Notes under the pieces: model-generated
Told to the model about the DNA's origin: nothing
Database searches by the model: none
What the model saw: only the letters and a program-made list of their open reading frames with translations
Program-made: the position numbers and the translations under genes
Source of the DNA: Psammoneis japonica
Taxonomy: Eukaryota
Length of the DNA stretch: 64,000 nucleotides
Assembly (NCBI GenBank): GCA_008632985.1
Contig: QPGO01000037.1
Location: forward strand, 372,001 to 436,000
Direction: 5' to 3'
Shown: one piece after another, positions 38,101-50,442 of the stretch
Layout of the letters: the number at the start of each line of letters is the position of its first letter
Position numbering within the stretch: position 1 is the stretch's first letter

Positions 38101-41100
38101 TCCAAGTGGAATGTCGTCCATGTGTTCTCTGGAGAAGACTCCAATGGTGACTCACAAAGCACTTTGATGCCCCACATGAACTTCTCCTCTCCCTTCTGAC
38201 AATGTGCTGCAGAGGAGGACAGTGTCAATGAAGAAGGTTGGTCTCTGCCACTGTTCTCTGAAGCAATGCATGACATGGCATTTTTTGCCACCCAACAGCT
38301 CAGACCATGTGGTGTGGTCCCCACCTCAAATGGAGAACAAAACGGTGAGCAAATTGAAAGATGCATCAAACCCATTGCATGGTGCAATCCAAGCAACATG
38401 GATTGACTTTGTCAACCCAGAAAGACTTGCTGCAAACAACTGGGCACAGCTGATGGAAATGTCATTGTGCTTTCATGCATGGACAGAGAGGCAAGATGGC
38501 TTCTGGAGCACCAATGACAAAACAGAATGGGAGCTCAGGCAGCAGGCAAAGGCATCTGAATCCATTGCTGTCATGATGCAAGGCATTCTGGTGTGCCCCC
38601 TCAAATCAAAGTTGCCCAAAAGACAGGAACATTGAAGTTTCATCAAGGCAATGGGTGGGATCTTCAAAAAAAGAATTGGGTCTGGGTCACAAGTCCAAAA
38701 ATGCCTTTCATGGTTTGCAACCCAGACAGAAAAAAACTCACAAGGCAAGATGCTTGCCACAGCCACCAGGTCATCTTTTGGCTTCTGCTTGATGGCAGAG
38801 AATGCAAACAAAAATGACAAAGGCAGTGGCACAAAGTTCTGACTCATTTTCCTGGAGCCCATGCACTCCGTGTTGTGTGAGTGTCATGTGTGAACATCAG
38901 GGGGATGCTGAGACTTGGGCACATGCAAAACAGGAATGGCTCTCCAAAACGGGGACTTGCTTGAGCTTCCAGGAGCAGTGGTGACAAAGTGTCATGCAGC
39001 AGAGTGCTGTGAGAATGCATTGCTCTGCCTTGAGTTGTGCACAGTCAGAGCAACCAAGAGACAGACATTGAAGTTGTTGGGCAAGGAAGTCTGGGCTCAT
39101 CCAAGGTGCCAGTCTGGTGAGTCACAGTTGTCAAGGCAGAGAGCATCAGATTTTGGGGATGGCTGTGGGCTTTTTGTTGAACACAGGTGGAGAAAAGACT
39201 GGGTGAGCCCCTCACCTCGAAGCACCAGTGCAGCTGTCTTCTCTGGAGAGACACCAACAAGTTCAAGTCAACCATCTGAGAACAACATGCAGAGAGGCAC
39301 ACACAGCAGATGGCAATCCCATGTTTGATTTTGTTGAGGCATCCTTGACAAAAAAGAAGATTCTTGTGTTTGAAAATCACGGCCCAACTCTCAGGGATGA
39401 GAAGCCAAGATGGGGCATCAAAACACAGCAACAGACTGGAAACCCCGACTGAATTGTTGAGCAGGGTCCCCCCAAGCTGCACCAGGAGGGCATCAAGTCA
39501 AGATTGTGCGCACTTGGAGAACACAAGAAGACACAGCCATTGAGAGACAAGCAATGGCACAAGACTGGGCACATGAAGTGTGCAAATGTGCAGTTTGGAT
39601 GGAGCTGTTCACAGATGCTCATGTCCTCAGAGAGCAGCACAAGCAATGGATGAATGTCAGGGAGTGCAACACTGACAAGCAAAACTTCAGTTTTCAATGT
39701 GGAGTTGTGCAAATGCACCTGGACAAATCTAAAAACAGAAGGACAGCCCAGCTGCCCAGAATGGAGAAGTTTGTGCTCTGCCTGATGAAAGCAACATTGA
39801 AGCCACACCTGTTGGGACCTCCAATGGTTGACATAGAGCAAAGACAAGCTGGTGGTCTCTTCCTCTCCTGAGGTTGTTGAGCTTTGTGCAAAAAAGATTG
39901 TTGAGTTGACCAGCGCGCCAGCCATTTCCCTGTTTTTCAGAGGAGCATGCCTTTTCAAATCAACAATGGAAGTGCATTCTCCACCAGAAGGAACAGTCTG
40001 ACAAAGGCCACCTTTCACCTCAGTCACTTTTCCAATGTGTCTTGGGTTGGCAGAAATGACTTCAATGAAAGAGCCTTTTGTGACAAACAGGTTTTGACCT
40101 TGACAAACTGTGTCAAAGCAGCAACTGTCTGAGTCAGTTTTGCACTGGATGCAGCGCACCCCTTGCAGATGCAGTTTTTGCCACCATGGCAAGTGACAAT
40201 TTCTTCTGTTCTGTTTGCAAGTGTGGCACAGATGTTTTTCATTGCATTTTCAACAGTGTGATTGATTGTCTTTTTGGAGTGCAGACTTTCAGGAAGCATC
40301 TGAAGCATCCATTCCATCGTTGCCTTTGTGTTCTTGGCAATGATGCCTGCAAGATTGATGAAGCAGAAAGGCAAAAATTCAATGGCCAAGATCACCACCC
40401 CCCCACCAAATCTTGACTGGAAAGAACAAGAACATCACACATCTGGAAACACTGATTGTGCCATTCCTTGCATGGTGGCAGGACAAATGGACAATGCTGA
40501 GAGAGCATGATGCGATGTCAGCAGCTTTCTCTTCTCTTGACAAAATTTTGCATCAGTTTTCACAATGGTTGGTCCAACCAAGCAACTCAGATGTAAATCC
40601 CTGAGAGATGATGGGGACTCAAGTGGTTGTGCTGCTGCAATGCTGCTGTGCATGCCACCACAAAACCGTGTGGCTGGGAACGTGCAATTCCCCAGGCACA
40701 GAGCAGGAAAACAGCAGGAAGGAAGAAAGGAAAGACAGGGAGCACACATGGATCAACTCATCCATGGCACCAACTGACAAAAGAAGGTGCCCAAACAGAT
40801 CAAGGCTGCACTTCATCTTGATTGCTTCATGCTGAGGGATGCATTCATCAGCCATTGCACTGCTTCTGACATGATCCAAACCAATGAGCTTGCAAGACTC
40901 TGGCAAAAAGCTTCAAGCATCCCAAACGGCATCTGCGCATGGTGAGTGAATGCTTTCCAATGACACCTGCAGATCATGTTTGCTTTGCATGTGACCTGTG
41001 GTGGCTGTCCATTGCAGCATTTCAACATCACTGACAGCTTCTTGAATCAGCAAGATGACGGATGTTGTTTTGATTTCTTGTGAGGCACTGTTGCACTTGT

Positions 41101-42437
41101 TGAAGTGGCAGCCCAGAAGATTGTCAATGTCAGTGTTGGCAACATGTGGCAAAGGAACACAACAGTCAGGAAAGACAGTTGGGTTGTTGTGGTCCATCAA
41201 AAAAATTCTGGAAGAAAACCAAAAAACATCCTGAACTCACTTGGCGCAGTCAGAAACTCTGAAAAATGCAAAAAGCACAAGAAGATCATCCACTGGTGGC
41301 ACACATGACCAATGGGCACCCCATCACAGGAATTTTTACTTCCTGTGCATTGAGTGGAAGTGCTGCCACAATCCTTGTGCATGCCCAGGAGCAGCTGACA
41401 CTTGGTGCCGGCAAAGGAAGAAGAATCTTTGTCACACTCTAAATCAAGCAACATGTCTCATCTGTTTTGCATGCACCAGCATTTGAGCTCAACTTGTCAT
41501 GGAAGGGTTGCCCAATGGAAAAACGAAAAACCTGCATGGACCCCCCCTCTCCTCATCTCTGAAGTCAAGCTGCGCCAGCAGCACCAACTCCATGATGATT
41601 GTGTGTCAATGGATTGGGGCTGGGCTCTTGTGGGCTTTGTTGCACAAGACAACTTCCAGCTTGCTGTTTGACAATCTTTGGAACAACAACTCATGGCTCC
41701 ACATCTTGAACAAACTGGAAGAGATGAATGAAAGTGTGCGCGAGGCAGCGATTGGCTCGTGGTGTCCTTGTCTGTTTTTGCGGCATGCTGGCATTTGGGC
41801 TCAACTTGTCATCAACAGTTTGTGCAGCCTCAAGGAAAAAAAACAAGAACACCAGGATGGGTAAATGGATGATGATCACTGTGCCAGCACCCCAATCCTC
41901 TGGGTGTTCCAACCACTGTCTTCGCAGAGTGACGGCTTCTGCCATCACCTTGGTGTTGTGAGCAGGTGCAGCACACCAATGGCACCTTTTCCCCCTTGGC
42001 AGTCTTTCCATCCCGTTTCTCTTGCTCTTTTTTCCCTTCTTGATGTTGACCAGTGAATGAAATTCAAAATGGGCACAGCATCTATCTTGCCTGACGGCAA
42101 GTGTGGAGGTGTCCAAATCGGCACAAGAAGGTCGCCCGAAAAGATTTTTTGGAATTACATCACAACATTGCCCCTATGACGTGTTTTGTGTCATTCAGAA
42201 AACAACGATTTACGTTTAAGGGAATTCCGAACTCATAACGGTCGCAAACGCATTTCCATTAAGTAAAACAAGAGTACACTCATGCCGTTGCATTGCGTGC
42301 GTCGATGCAATCAAAGAATTCCGACATGCATGCGTGCCGGTACGGTAGGAACTTTTTTTAGCGAGCGCGTGCCGATGGAATGTGCCATCATTTTTCTCTC
42401 ACTTTTTTCCTTTTTCATTTCCCACGACCAAGTTCAC

Positions 42438-44613
42438 ATGGTTGGTCGTCCCGTTGTTGTTCTCTTAGCAACGCTTGCCGCTGTTGATGGGCACCAGTTT
42501 CTCCCAGCTGGTGTCACATGCAGCTCCCAGTTCTTCTCGCCGGAGACGGCGCTAACCATCCCAAACCCGGAAGTTTCGTGGGCGAGCTTTCGCATTTTCA
42601 CATGTGGTACGTATTACGTAAATCGGGCAATTGCGTGACTTGAACGAATTAGTATTTCCTCTTTCCTAATACAAGATGACCTTTTTTGCAATCGATATAG
42701 ATGAACCTATCTTTTGGCTCGAGGCTCAAGCGGTTTACGCCGATCAGCCACTCGCGTTTACCGTATCTGTTCCCGTTATTGAACGATTCGAAGATTTGCG
42801 TCTTTCCGTAGCATTCATGGGCCCGTCGCTTCCCGCCCTACCCGATGATTTGGACGTACCCGAAGAAGTTAGATCCTATAGTGCAAATACGGGTTCAGGC
42901 GCCGTGCTCTTTACGTCGCCCGAAGATCAGACTTCATGTGATCATCTAACTGCCGAGTTGATGATTGAGCACAGTATTGTTGAAGGTGATCGATGCGTTT
43001 TTCATGAGTATTTCAGTGACAATAGTCAGTGGGTTCTCATTGATGATACAATCAAGGCTCCCGAGGTGAGTATAAACAGCACAAAATGCCGAAACGTAAT
43101 GAATTGTTGAATCAAGGCGCGCTTACCTTTATTCATCATGCGCTTGTTCTCCACAGCCTGGACTATACAAGATCGCAGTGTTTACAGAGGGGGGCGAAAC
43201 GGGTAAGGCTACATTTGCATGCTGCGATTTTCCTGAAGATTTTGTAACCCCATACGATATTCCCGAGCCCGAGTGTCCCTTCTGCGGTACATCACAAGAA
43301 GAGAACCCTGCGTGGCTGTCGCATTTCTTCGAGCAGAAGTCAATGGAAGAGTATGCTGGTTTTCCGCAAGCCACCCGCTGCGAAAATCCCAATTCATTCA
43401 ATATCGAGCCTGCGGTTGGTCAGTGCCCCCCTGAATCTGAAGAACCCATCGAAAATCAGCCCGCCAGCTGTGTCTTGGGTTGTGGTGCAAACGGTGAATG
43501 CCACAGCCACAATGTCTTTGGCGAGTGTACACACGCCCTTGAATGGGATCTAGTGCCAAAGTTCGGAGAGGCCACAGTATCCCGTGTTGTTATCTTCAAA
43601 GGTGACAAGATCCGGTTTAAATCCGATTCTGTACATAATCTCTTTGAAATGGCAAATGAACCATTCTTGAATGCGTGCGACTTCACTGACGCGACGGCGC
43701 TTGCCAATACGGAGGAAACAGTAGTTGGTCACACGATTACGTTCGACCAAGCAGGCACATTTTATTTTACATGCAGTATCGGTTGTGTGGATGCTACGGG
43801 CCTTCCCGTAATACAGACAGAAGTAGCTAGGGAAAGGACGTCCGACTCAGAGTTGTGCCATTGCAACATCAGCCAACGCCTCACGGTCGAGGTTAAGGAC
43901 AGCTCAGAAGGTCTCCGGTGCCACGATCACGCTCAAGAAGAAACAGAAGAGAAGACGAGTCCATCTCTGACGTGTCCTGAGGGACAGTTTTCTGCATTCC
44001 TCATCGACAGTCCAGATTACGGGGCGATGGATGCGACCGAATGCGCAGAATTCTGTAGCGTAGAGATCGCCTTGCAGTTCATGGAAGGTGCTGCGCGTGG
44101 TGCTTGTGCTAACAGTGGCTACACACACAGCCCTGTGAAGAAGCAAGTAATGGTCCCAGGCGCTCCTGTGTCTCTGGATGTCATCGTCGCATCCAATGTG
44201 GAACCTTCGACGTGCCACTGTCACTCGTATGAGGAGATTGCTTGTCCCGAAAATGAGGCACCCGATGACACCCTGTACGACGAGCACATTCAGAGATTGA
44301 AGAGTTTTGTACGGGTATCTTGGACGGATCAGAGGACAACTGTCCTTACAGATGCTTCCAGCCTATGGAAGTGCTCCACCTGCACTACCTTGAGTGCGAA
44401 TCTCGAGAAGTCGATGCCACCTACCTGGCCGTCAATGCGACGCAGAAATGCCACATTGCCGCGAGAGCTCCACCTGGTGCAGATTGCCCTGTTGTCACTC
44501 TCGGACGGGACTCGGGTAGCGTTGTCCTTGGAGAAAACTCTGGCGCCGTGCACCGTAATGCGTGGTCGGTCTTAGGCTTGATGTCGTTGATCGTGACTCT
44601 CGTTTGCTCGTAA
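42438..44613 (+). CDS. Secreted or surface Cys/His-rich protein with a cupredoxin (plastocyanin-like) domain; 2 introns and a frameshift near 44295
   Basis: Signal peptide ending AVDG|H, cupredoxin pattern FKGDKIRF..VHNLFEM...CDF...ITFDQAGTFYFTCSI...HC..QRLTVEV, motifs CHSH, CHDH and CHCHS, and a hydrophobic C-terminus. Confidence 0.75.
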
Positions 44614-45640
44614 TATTGTACATTGTCAAAGTTTTTGTTGAATACTCCTTTACTCGTAATCTTGTAAATTGTTATAGTTCTTTCTTGAAATGATATGTTA
44701 CCTACACTCTATCTAACTAGCCTTGTAGTGAAAATCAGGTTCTATCCAGAATTTGGTACTTCTATCTTGCTCCTACAGAAATCTCCTTTGCTTTGATGAC
44801 AATCAGAGTTTTTGGATTTGTTCCTTGTCTCAAGGAGAAATGCGCAGGCTCCGGTGCAGGTTTCTCCACGACACGCGAGTGTCTCAAGGACAGTGCACTA
44901 CTTTTTCAAACAAGAAACAAAATCCACACTTGTTCGCAAACTGACGGTGTGGATAGAAAGGGGGTGGGGGGAAAGCAAGTGGGGGGATTTCGAAGGTGCA
45001 ACGTGCAACACCACTAACTATCCTTGTTTAGGGCCCTCTAGTGCTCTCACTCTCTAAGGTGCTCTCTAGACTTTTGTGAGCTCGCTTTCCTGTGCTCGCT
45101 GTATCGACAGCGATCTTTCAACGATATATTATATATTTTATTTATATTACCGAATAACAGTATTTTCGTTCTTTTTTGCCTCACAATTTTCTTTTGCGTT
45201 AGGCCACAATTTCACGAAGGTCGCCGCAAAAGGTTCTACATTGTTCAGCCTTTTTCATCAGCCGTGATCCAAAGCTTTGGCCATCTGCAAAAAGTGAGTG
45301 TGATGATTATTCATTGAATTGCTTGTTCGCTCAACAATCGTGGCCGTTGTGTCACTGTTGGTCATCGTGCGGTCAATCGCTGAAAATTCGCCGATGGTTC
45401 TTTTATGCAGAAAGCCGTTAACGTCCCGAACACTAAATATTTCCAAAAAATCCTGGCGAACGCGTTCCATCTCCCCGCGTCGTGTTCAATGCCGTTTGCG
45501 CTTTCGCTTTTGCATTTTTTCGGCAAGAGGTTTTTCCTGACAGTTTTCGACCGCACAACGCAACAACAATGGTTCTCTCTCTCTGCGGGGCATATTGACA
45601 GTCCCTATCATTAGTTTGTTCATCTAGCTCACCCATCATC

Positions 45641-46858
45641 ATGTCTTGTGATATTCTTCCCGATTTCGATCTGGTCTGTGTGAAAATGGATTCCAGTTTT
45701 CTGTTTGAACCATTGCATTCCATGCCTCCGAATACCGCTTCAACAACAGACACGTTGTCGTCTCTCGGCCAACACAGACCGCTCCACGAAGAAGCTGCCA
45801 ACCCCTACAATATTCTTCAGGTTCGGCGTGATGCAACACCCTCGGAAATTAGAGAATCCTACAAGAGACTCGCACTCTGGCATCATCCCGGACGAGTTAT
45901 TCACAACTGCGACGAAGAACGAAACAGACGAGCACAAGTCTTTGAGATTCTCGCTGCAAGCTATGAAACACTCATGGACAATGACGTCCGAGCTCGTTAC
46001 GATAACTTGAGAGAGCATAAAACACTTACAATGGGCCAAGTTCATGTGGGAGGGCGACTGTTGACTACAGTCAAGTCTGGGGGAACAGAGAAGCAAGCCA
46101 CGGATGCTTGGAACGACTGCTTTACTCCCAAGCCTCCGCCGTCACCCAAAAAACGACGGTATCAGAATCCTAGGGAGGACTGTGACTACTTTGAAGACGT
46201 ACATGCAGCCATTCCTGCTCTGGCAACTGCCAGTAGCAGCTCATCGCAGGAACGGGTACATTGGTTCAATGGCCCGTTGGCCACCATGTACCAAGCACGC
46301 AATTTCATGCCCTTTACAGACCCAATCGATGTGTTTGAAGAAGTGTTTGGAAGTCGCATTTTTCATGAGCCTGCAACAAAAGACTCATTGTCTGACTCTA
46401 CAGCTCGGTTGCCACTGCGATCACCCACTCGATCATCAGCGTGGACGGGTTCCACCACGACGAAACGCGATGGCACGATTGTTTCCACAACGACGCGTGT
46501 CTTGTTTGATCGTAAAATGACACGAACCGAAATCACCACGTTTGATCCTATAACAAAACGACGGCATACGCGTGTCACAGTCACGAGCGAAGAATTGGAA
46601 CCACCGTTGTCGCAAGAGTTAATTGCAGCGGCAGTGCCGGGTGCCTGCGAGTGTGTGTCTTGTGGTAACCACAACAATATGGACGTGGTGGAGGATGAAA
46701 TTCGGCAAGACCTACAAACATGTGCCAGTAGCAGCAGTGCTGATTCTTCGTCTTGTGAGAAACAGAACGATGAGAGTTCAGCAAGAGAAGTGTATTCTTT
46801 TGATTACTGGACAGTTTGTGGCGTTTCGCCATGTTGTGCAACTCTCTTTCCCGTGTAG
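45641..46858 (+). CDS. DnaJ-like protein with HPG in place of HPD
   Basis: NPYNILQV..ATPSEIRESYKRLALWHHPGR...ASYETLMD..RARYD and FTDPIDVFEEVFG. Confidence 0.85.
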   Translation: MSCDILPDFDLVCVKMDSSFLFEPLHSMPPNTASTTDTLSSLGQHRPLHEEAANPYNILQVRRDATPSEIRESYKRLALWHHPGRVIHNCDEERNRRAQVFEILAASYETLMDNDVRARYDNLREHKTLTMGQVHVGGRLLTTVKSGGTEKQATDAWNDCFTPKPPPSPKKRRYQNPREDCDYFEDVHAAIPALATASSSSSQERVHWFNGPLATMYQARNFMPFTDPIDVFEEVFGSRIFHEPATKDSLSDSTARLPLRSPTRSSAWTGSTTTKRDGTIVSTTTRVLFDRKMTRTEITTFDPITKRRHTRVTVTSEELEPPLSQELIAAAVPGACECVSCGNHNNMDVVEDEIRQDLQTCASSSSADSSSCEKQNDESSAREVYSFDYWTVCGVSPCCATLFPV

Positions 46859-47024
46859 TAGTGAACATTCAATTGATAGGGCGTTTCACTTTTGATGCCC
46901 CTATGTGTCTCTAGATTGCACGGCACAAACAAAATTAATAGCATGAAAGTAGAACAACGTGCATGTTGTAGCAAATACTTCTCCCTATAGGACGTCTAGA
47001 GTAGAGTCCAGGGTTAGAATAATT

Positions 47025-48508
47025 TTACACTGGCGCATAGCTGCCGCCATAACTCACGACAGAGGGAGTATAGCTCTCTGCCGCTTGGTTTGGATTTCCC
47101 TTCATTTGTTCTCTCAAGAGTCGTTGTGGTGTGCTGTAACCCATGACTCTGTCGTAGTCATCAAAAATGGGATCCACCGGAAAGGGCCACGTATAGAGCG
47201 GCCCAATGCCAAAGACATCCTTGAGTGGAATGGGTTCCTCGTCCGACATACCCATGGTGTTGTTGGCCTTTTTCTTGAGTCGATCAATTGTACCAATTCC
47301 CGTCATGAGGCCGTAGCAAACATTCATCAGCATGGAACTTGTAAACATAAAGGCTCCAAAGGACAACAAGGTCATGACCCGAACGAGCTGTACCAAAACG
47401 ACTGTAAAGGTGCATTCTTCCGTGGCGCAGAAAAAGTAGTTCCATCCCAACAGTACCAGTGAAAACACGGAACATGTCCAAGTGTAAATGAGAAAGAGCA
47501 AAAAGTGTTTCATATTGCCGGCGCCGACGCAATTGTTCATCCACGGGCAGTGATCTAGAGTAGAGCGGGAGCAAGCATACAAATATGGTTGGAATTTGTT
47601 ACTCCCTTCGAAACCAAAAGAAGGAAGTGACACGGAAAAGCATACTTACGGTCCATTCTTGATATACATCGATTACAAATTCTGCAATGATGAGAACACG
47701 GAGGCTTAAAGGTCTGACATTGACTGCACATGCTAAGTTTCTCTTGTCTCCGTTGCATTTCGGTAGGAACAGCACTAGCTGGCACCGTACCGGGTTCCGT
47801 CAAGGACGTCTTGGCATGACACGCTAACGCCAGCGTACAAAACACATTATACCACATGGACAGAGACACTGGAATGCCTCCTGTTTGTGCTAAAAAAGTA
47901 ACAGTGACTGCCGAGTATCCCATCAAGAACCACACCAAAATTGCCATGATGGTTCCCGCTTGATCATCGGTATTCATCCAAATTCCACTTTCTTCGGTTG
48001 TTCCTAAACTACAAGACCACGATGAGTCATTGAAATCGTCTCGGTAATACAAGCCATTGGGGCCCTCGTCGACTTGTATGGCCGATGCAGAACAACCGCA
48101 CATTCGCAACCAAGAATCAAGCGAACCATTGCCGACGCCTCCTTGTTGTTTCTTTTCGTATTCATCATCAAAGCCGTTTGGTCCAGAGACCGATTCTAAA
48201 TGAACTGGTGGTTGATTCTGTGTAAAATAAGAACAAATAAAAATAAGCAAGGGTTTCGATAAATTCACATTCAATCGCACTCATGCCGCCAATCGGAACA
48301 AATGAAAATAAGCACGAGATCGATAAATTCACTCTTCACCGCACTGTGCAGACAGACATCATCATAACACTACTGCCTCTTACCGGATCATCACGATAGG
48401 GAGCATCACCGCCAATTCGTCGTTGTCTTGTTCCTCCCATGAGCGGTCCCATATCGTGTCATGGGCCGAATAGCCGTGTGGTGGCGGTGTTTTTGCTGGA
48501 CTCATCAT
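47025..48508 (-). CDS. DHHC palmitoyltransferase, 3 exons
   Basis: CSQCQTFKPPCSHHCRICNRCISRMD|HHCPWMNNCVGAGNMKHFLLFLIY across an intron, with flanking TM helices. Confidence 0.95.
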
Positions 48509-49071
48509 GGTGGCAAACACGTTTTTTCAAAGCGCAAACAATGCGTGTGTGTTGTCGGTACGGAACGAAAACAAAATGAATGTATCCAATGATGAGATTT
48601 TTTATCATAGATTAACTATCGAACAATTAGAACAAAATTTAACGGTCACTCCCAAATTTATCCGACGGACGAGTACGGACGCCGCGCCGCCTGACGATGA
48701 ACGGACCATGCGCGCGAACCAGCAGATGATATCAGAGTTAGTATCATACTCTAGTATAGTAGAGTGGTGAAACCGGTGAACGAGGATCAAAACGCCCCAC
48801 TTCGAACGCTGGAGTCGTCTACCTCTAGAAATGCTGGAGCATATAGCAGGCTCCAATTAGAACAGATGTAAGAAAAATGTCTGTTGTCAAATTTTCCAGT
48901 CCAACTGCCACAATTTCCAAGCTCCACTGTTTACAATTTCCAACCTTGCAAAATCATCCGTACCACGCAGATTTATCCCATCACATAACAAAGCTATAAA
49001 CAAAGATTGTCCGTGGTATATAAAGAAAAATTCATGAAATGTTACGTTCTACTTTTTCGCCTCGACTTGCT

Positions 49072-50030
49072 TTATGCGGATGCTTCTTCTGTAGCAGCAG
49101 GAGCAGGAGCTTCAGCCTTTGGCTTGGGTCCACCCGTTGTGAGACGAATTCCAACCAAGCGCTGCTCAGCGTCAATTTTGACAACATCGGCTCCAACGTT
49201 GGGTCCAAAAAAGGTTTCGTACTTTTTCACACGACGCTCGTCGGCCCACATTTTGTAGGGAGTATCAACTGACTGCCACACCATGGTAAAGGCCAATTCG
49301 CCGTCGTCTGTCTTTTCTTCACGCAATTCTTGGAGTTGCGGATACGCCTTGCCCGGAACGACCAATCCGAGCTTTTTGACCGTTGTGTCGAGATGGGCCT
49401 CGTCACCGTATCTGTGGCGAGTCACATCTTGCTTGATTTTTCGAATGGTTTCCGTAGCCTTGGCTTCAAACACGGATTCCGCACCAGGGCCGTAAAGCAA
49501 GGAACCGGGTCAATCTCGGCATACTTCAAGGCGGCACCCGCCAAGAAAATGGGAATACCGTACACAAATCCAAGTCCGGACACGTTGAGGCCCTCCGAGT
49601 CGGTGGAAGGTATTCAACAAAGGAAAGGACCGTCACTAGGATACCAGCAGCAATGACTAGGTTACCCAAGGAAAAACCACGAATCTCAAACGGAGGTTCG
49701 CCGGCATTGTTGACACCCGCGCCACCAATCATGGCACTCTTGGGAGCAACCCAACCCTAAAAAAGTAGAGGAACAAGAAGTAGAAATTGTGAGAAACAAA
49801 AAAGAAAATCGCATAGAATTGTAATTATGCGTTACAGACATTAATATCCGATTCCTTTTGTGATGACTTACATCTTCCTCGTCAGCCATAAAGAGACGGC
49901 TCGTGGGAAATCGGGTAAAGGCGGCATTCGTAGTGGCGACACCAGCAGAGGGAGGAGCAAAGGCAACGACGCTGGAGCACGACAAGAGCGTCGATGCCAG
50001 TGAAAGCACAAGAGCAATATTCTTCGTCAT
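49072..50030 (-). CDS. APE1: Plastid thylakoid protein of the DUF2854 / APE1 family; one intron and frameshifts
   Basis: Presequence ..SSVVA|FAP, then FSLGNLVIAAG, GFVYGIPIFLAGAALKYAE, QDVTRHRYGDEAHLD and YETFFGP. Confidence 0.8.
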
Positions 50031-50442
50031 GGCTGCGATTCGAGTTGTTGTGAGTGTTTTGTGTGGAGTATAATAAGCGATGGCGACCAAATCAGAGACA
50101 ATGTCGGCAACAGAACCACGCAAGAAAATTGACATCACGCAAAAATTGAAAATCGCAACACGCAAAAGATACCAGCACGGTGGATTGCGTGCGTAGAAAT
50201 TTGTACTGGACGCTACGTGGGATCCTGGATGACGTGTTCAATGTGTGATCTTGTCCGAACATACCGTTTTGAAGTGCCCGTTTACTTCACTCTTTTTCGA
50301 AACGAATGAAGAATAGGTACAGTAATCCCTTGCTACTAGCTAGAAGTAAAGTACTTGCTACCGATGCTACAGTAAATGCATCATCATCTGTAAAGAACTT
50401 CTCTATTGTCTTAATTTTAACAGCTGTATAGCGGATCCTTCA

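Larger units (their letters stand above)
27300..42100. mobile_element. About 15-kb hypermutated island (TpA- and CpG-depleted), probably a decayed large mobile element or silenced repeat cluster
   Basis: TA is nearly absent and CG is rare in the core, with abundant TG/CA. Dense short Cys/His/Met/Trp-rich ORFs occur in all frames along with internal tandem repeats. I could not recognise a transposase or termini. Confidence 0.7.

Noticed and set aside
27700..42100. More than a hundred short overlapping Cys/His/Met/Trp-rich ORFs
   Set aside because: These are by-products of TAA/TAG erasure and TG/CA enrichment, not a metal-binding gene cluster.
44958..44990. G-rich tract as a G-quadruplex or element end
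   Set aside because: It has only three clear G runs and no matching terminus or other support.
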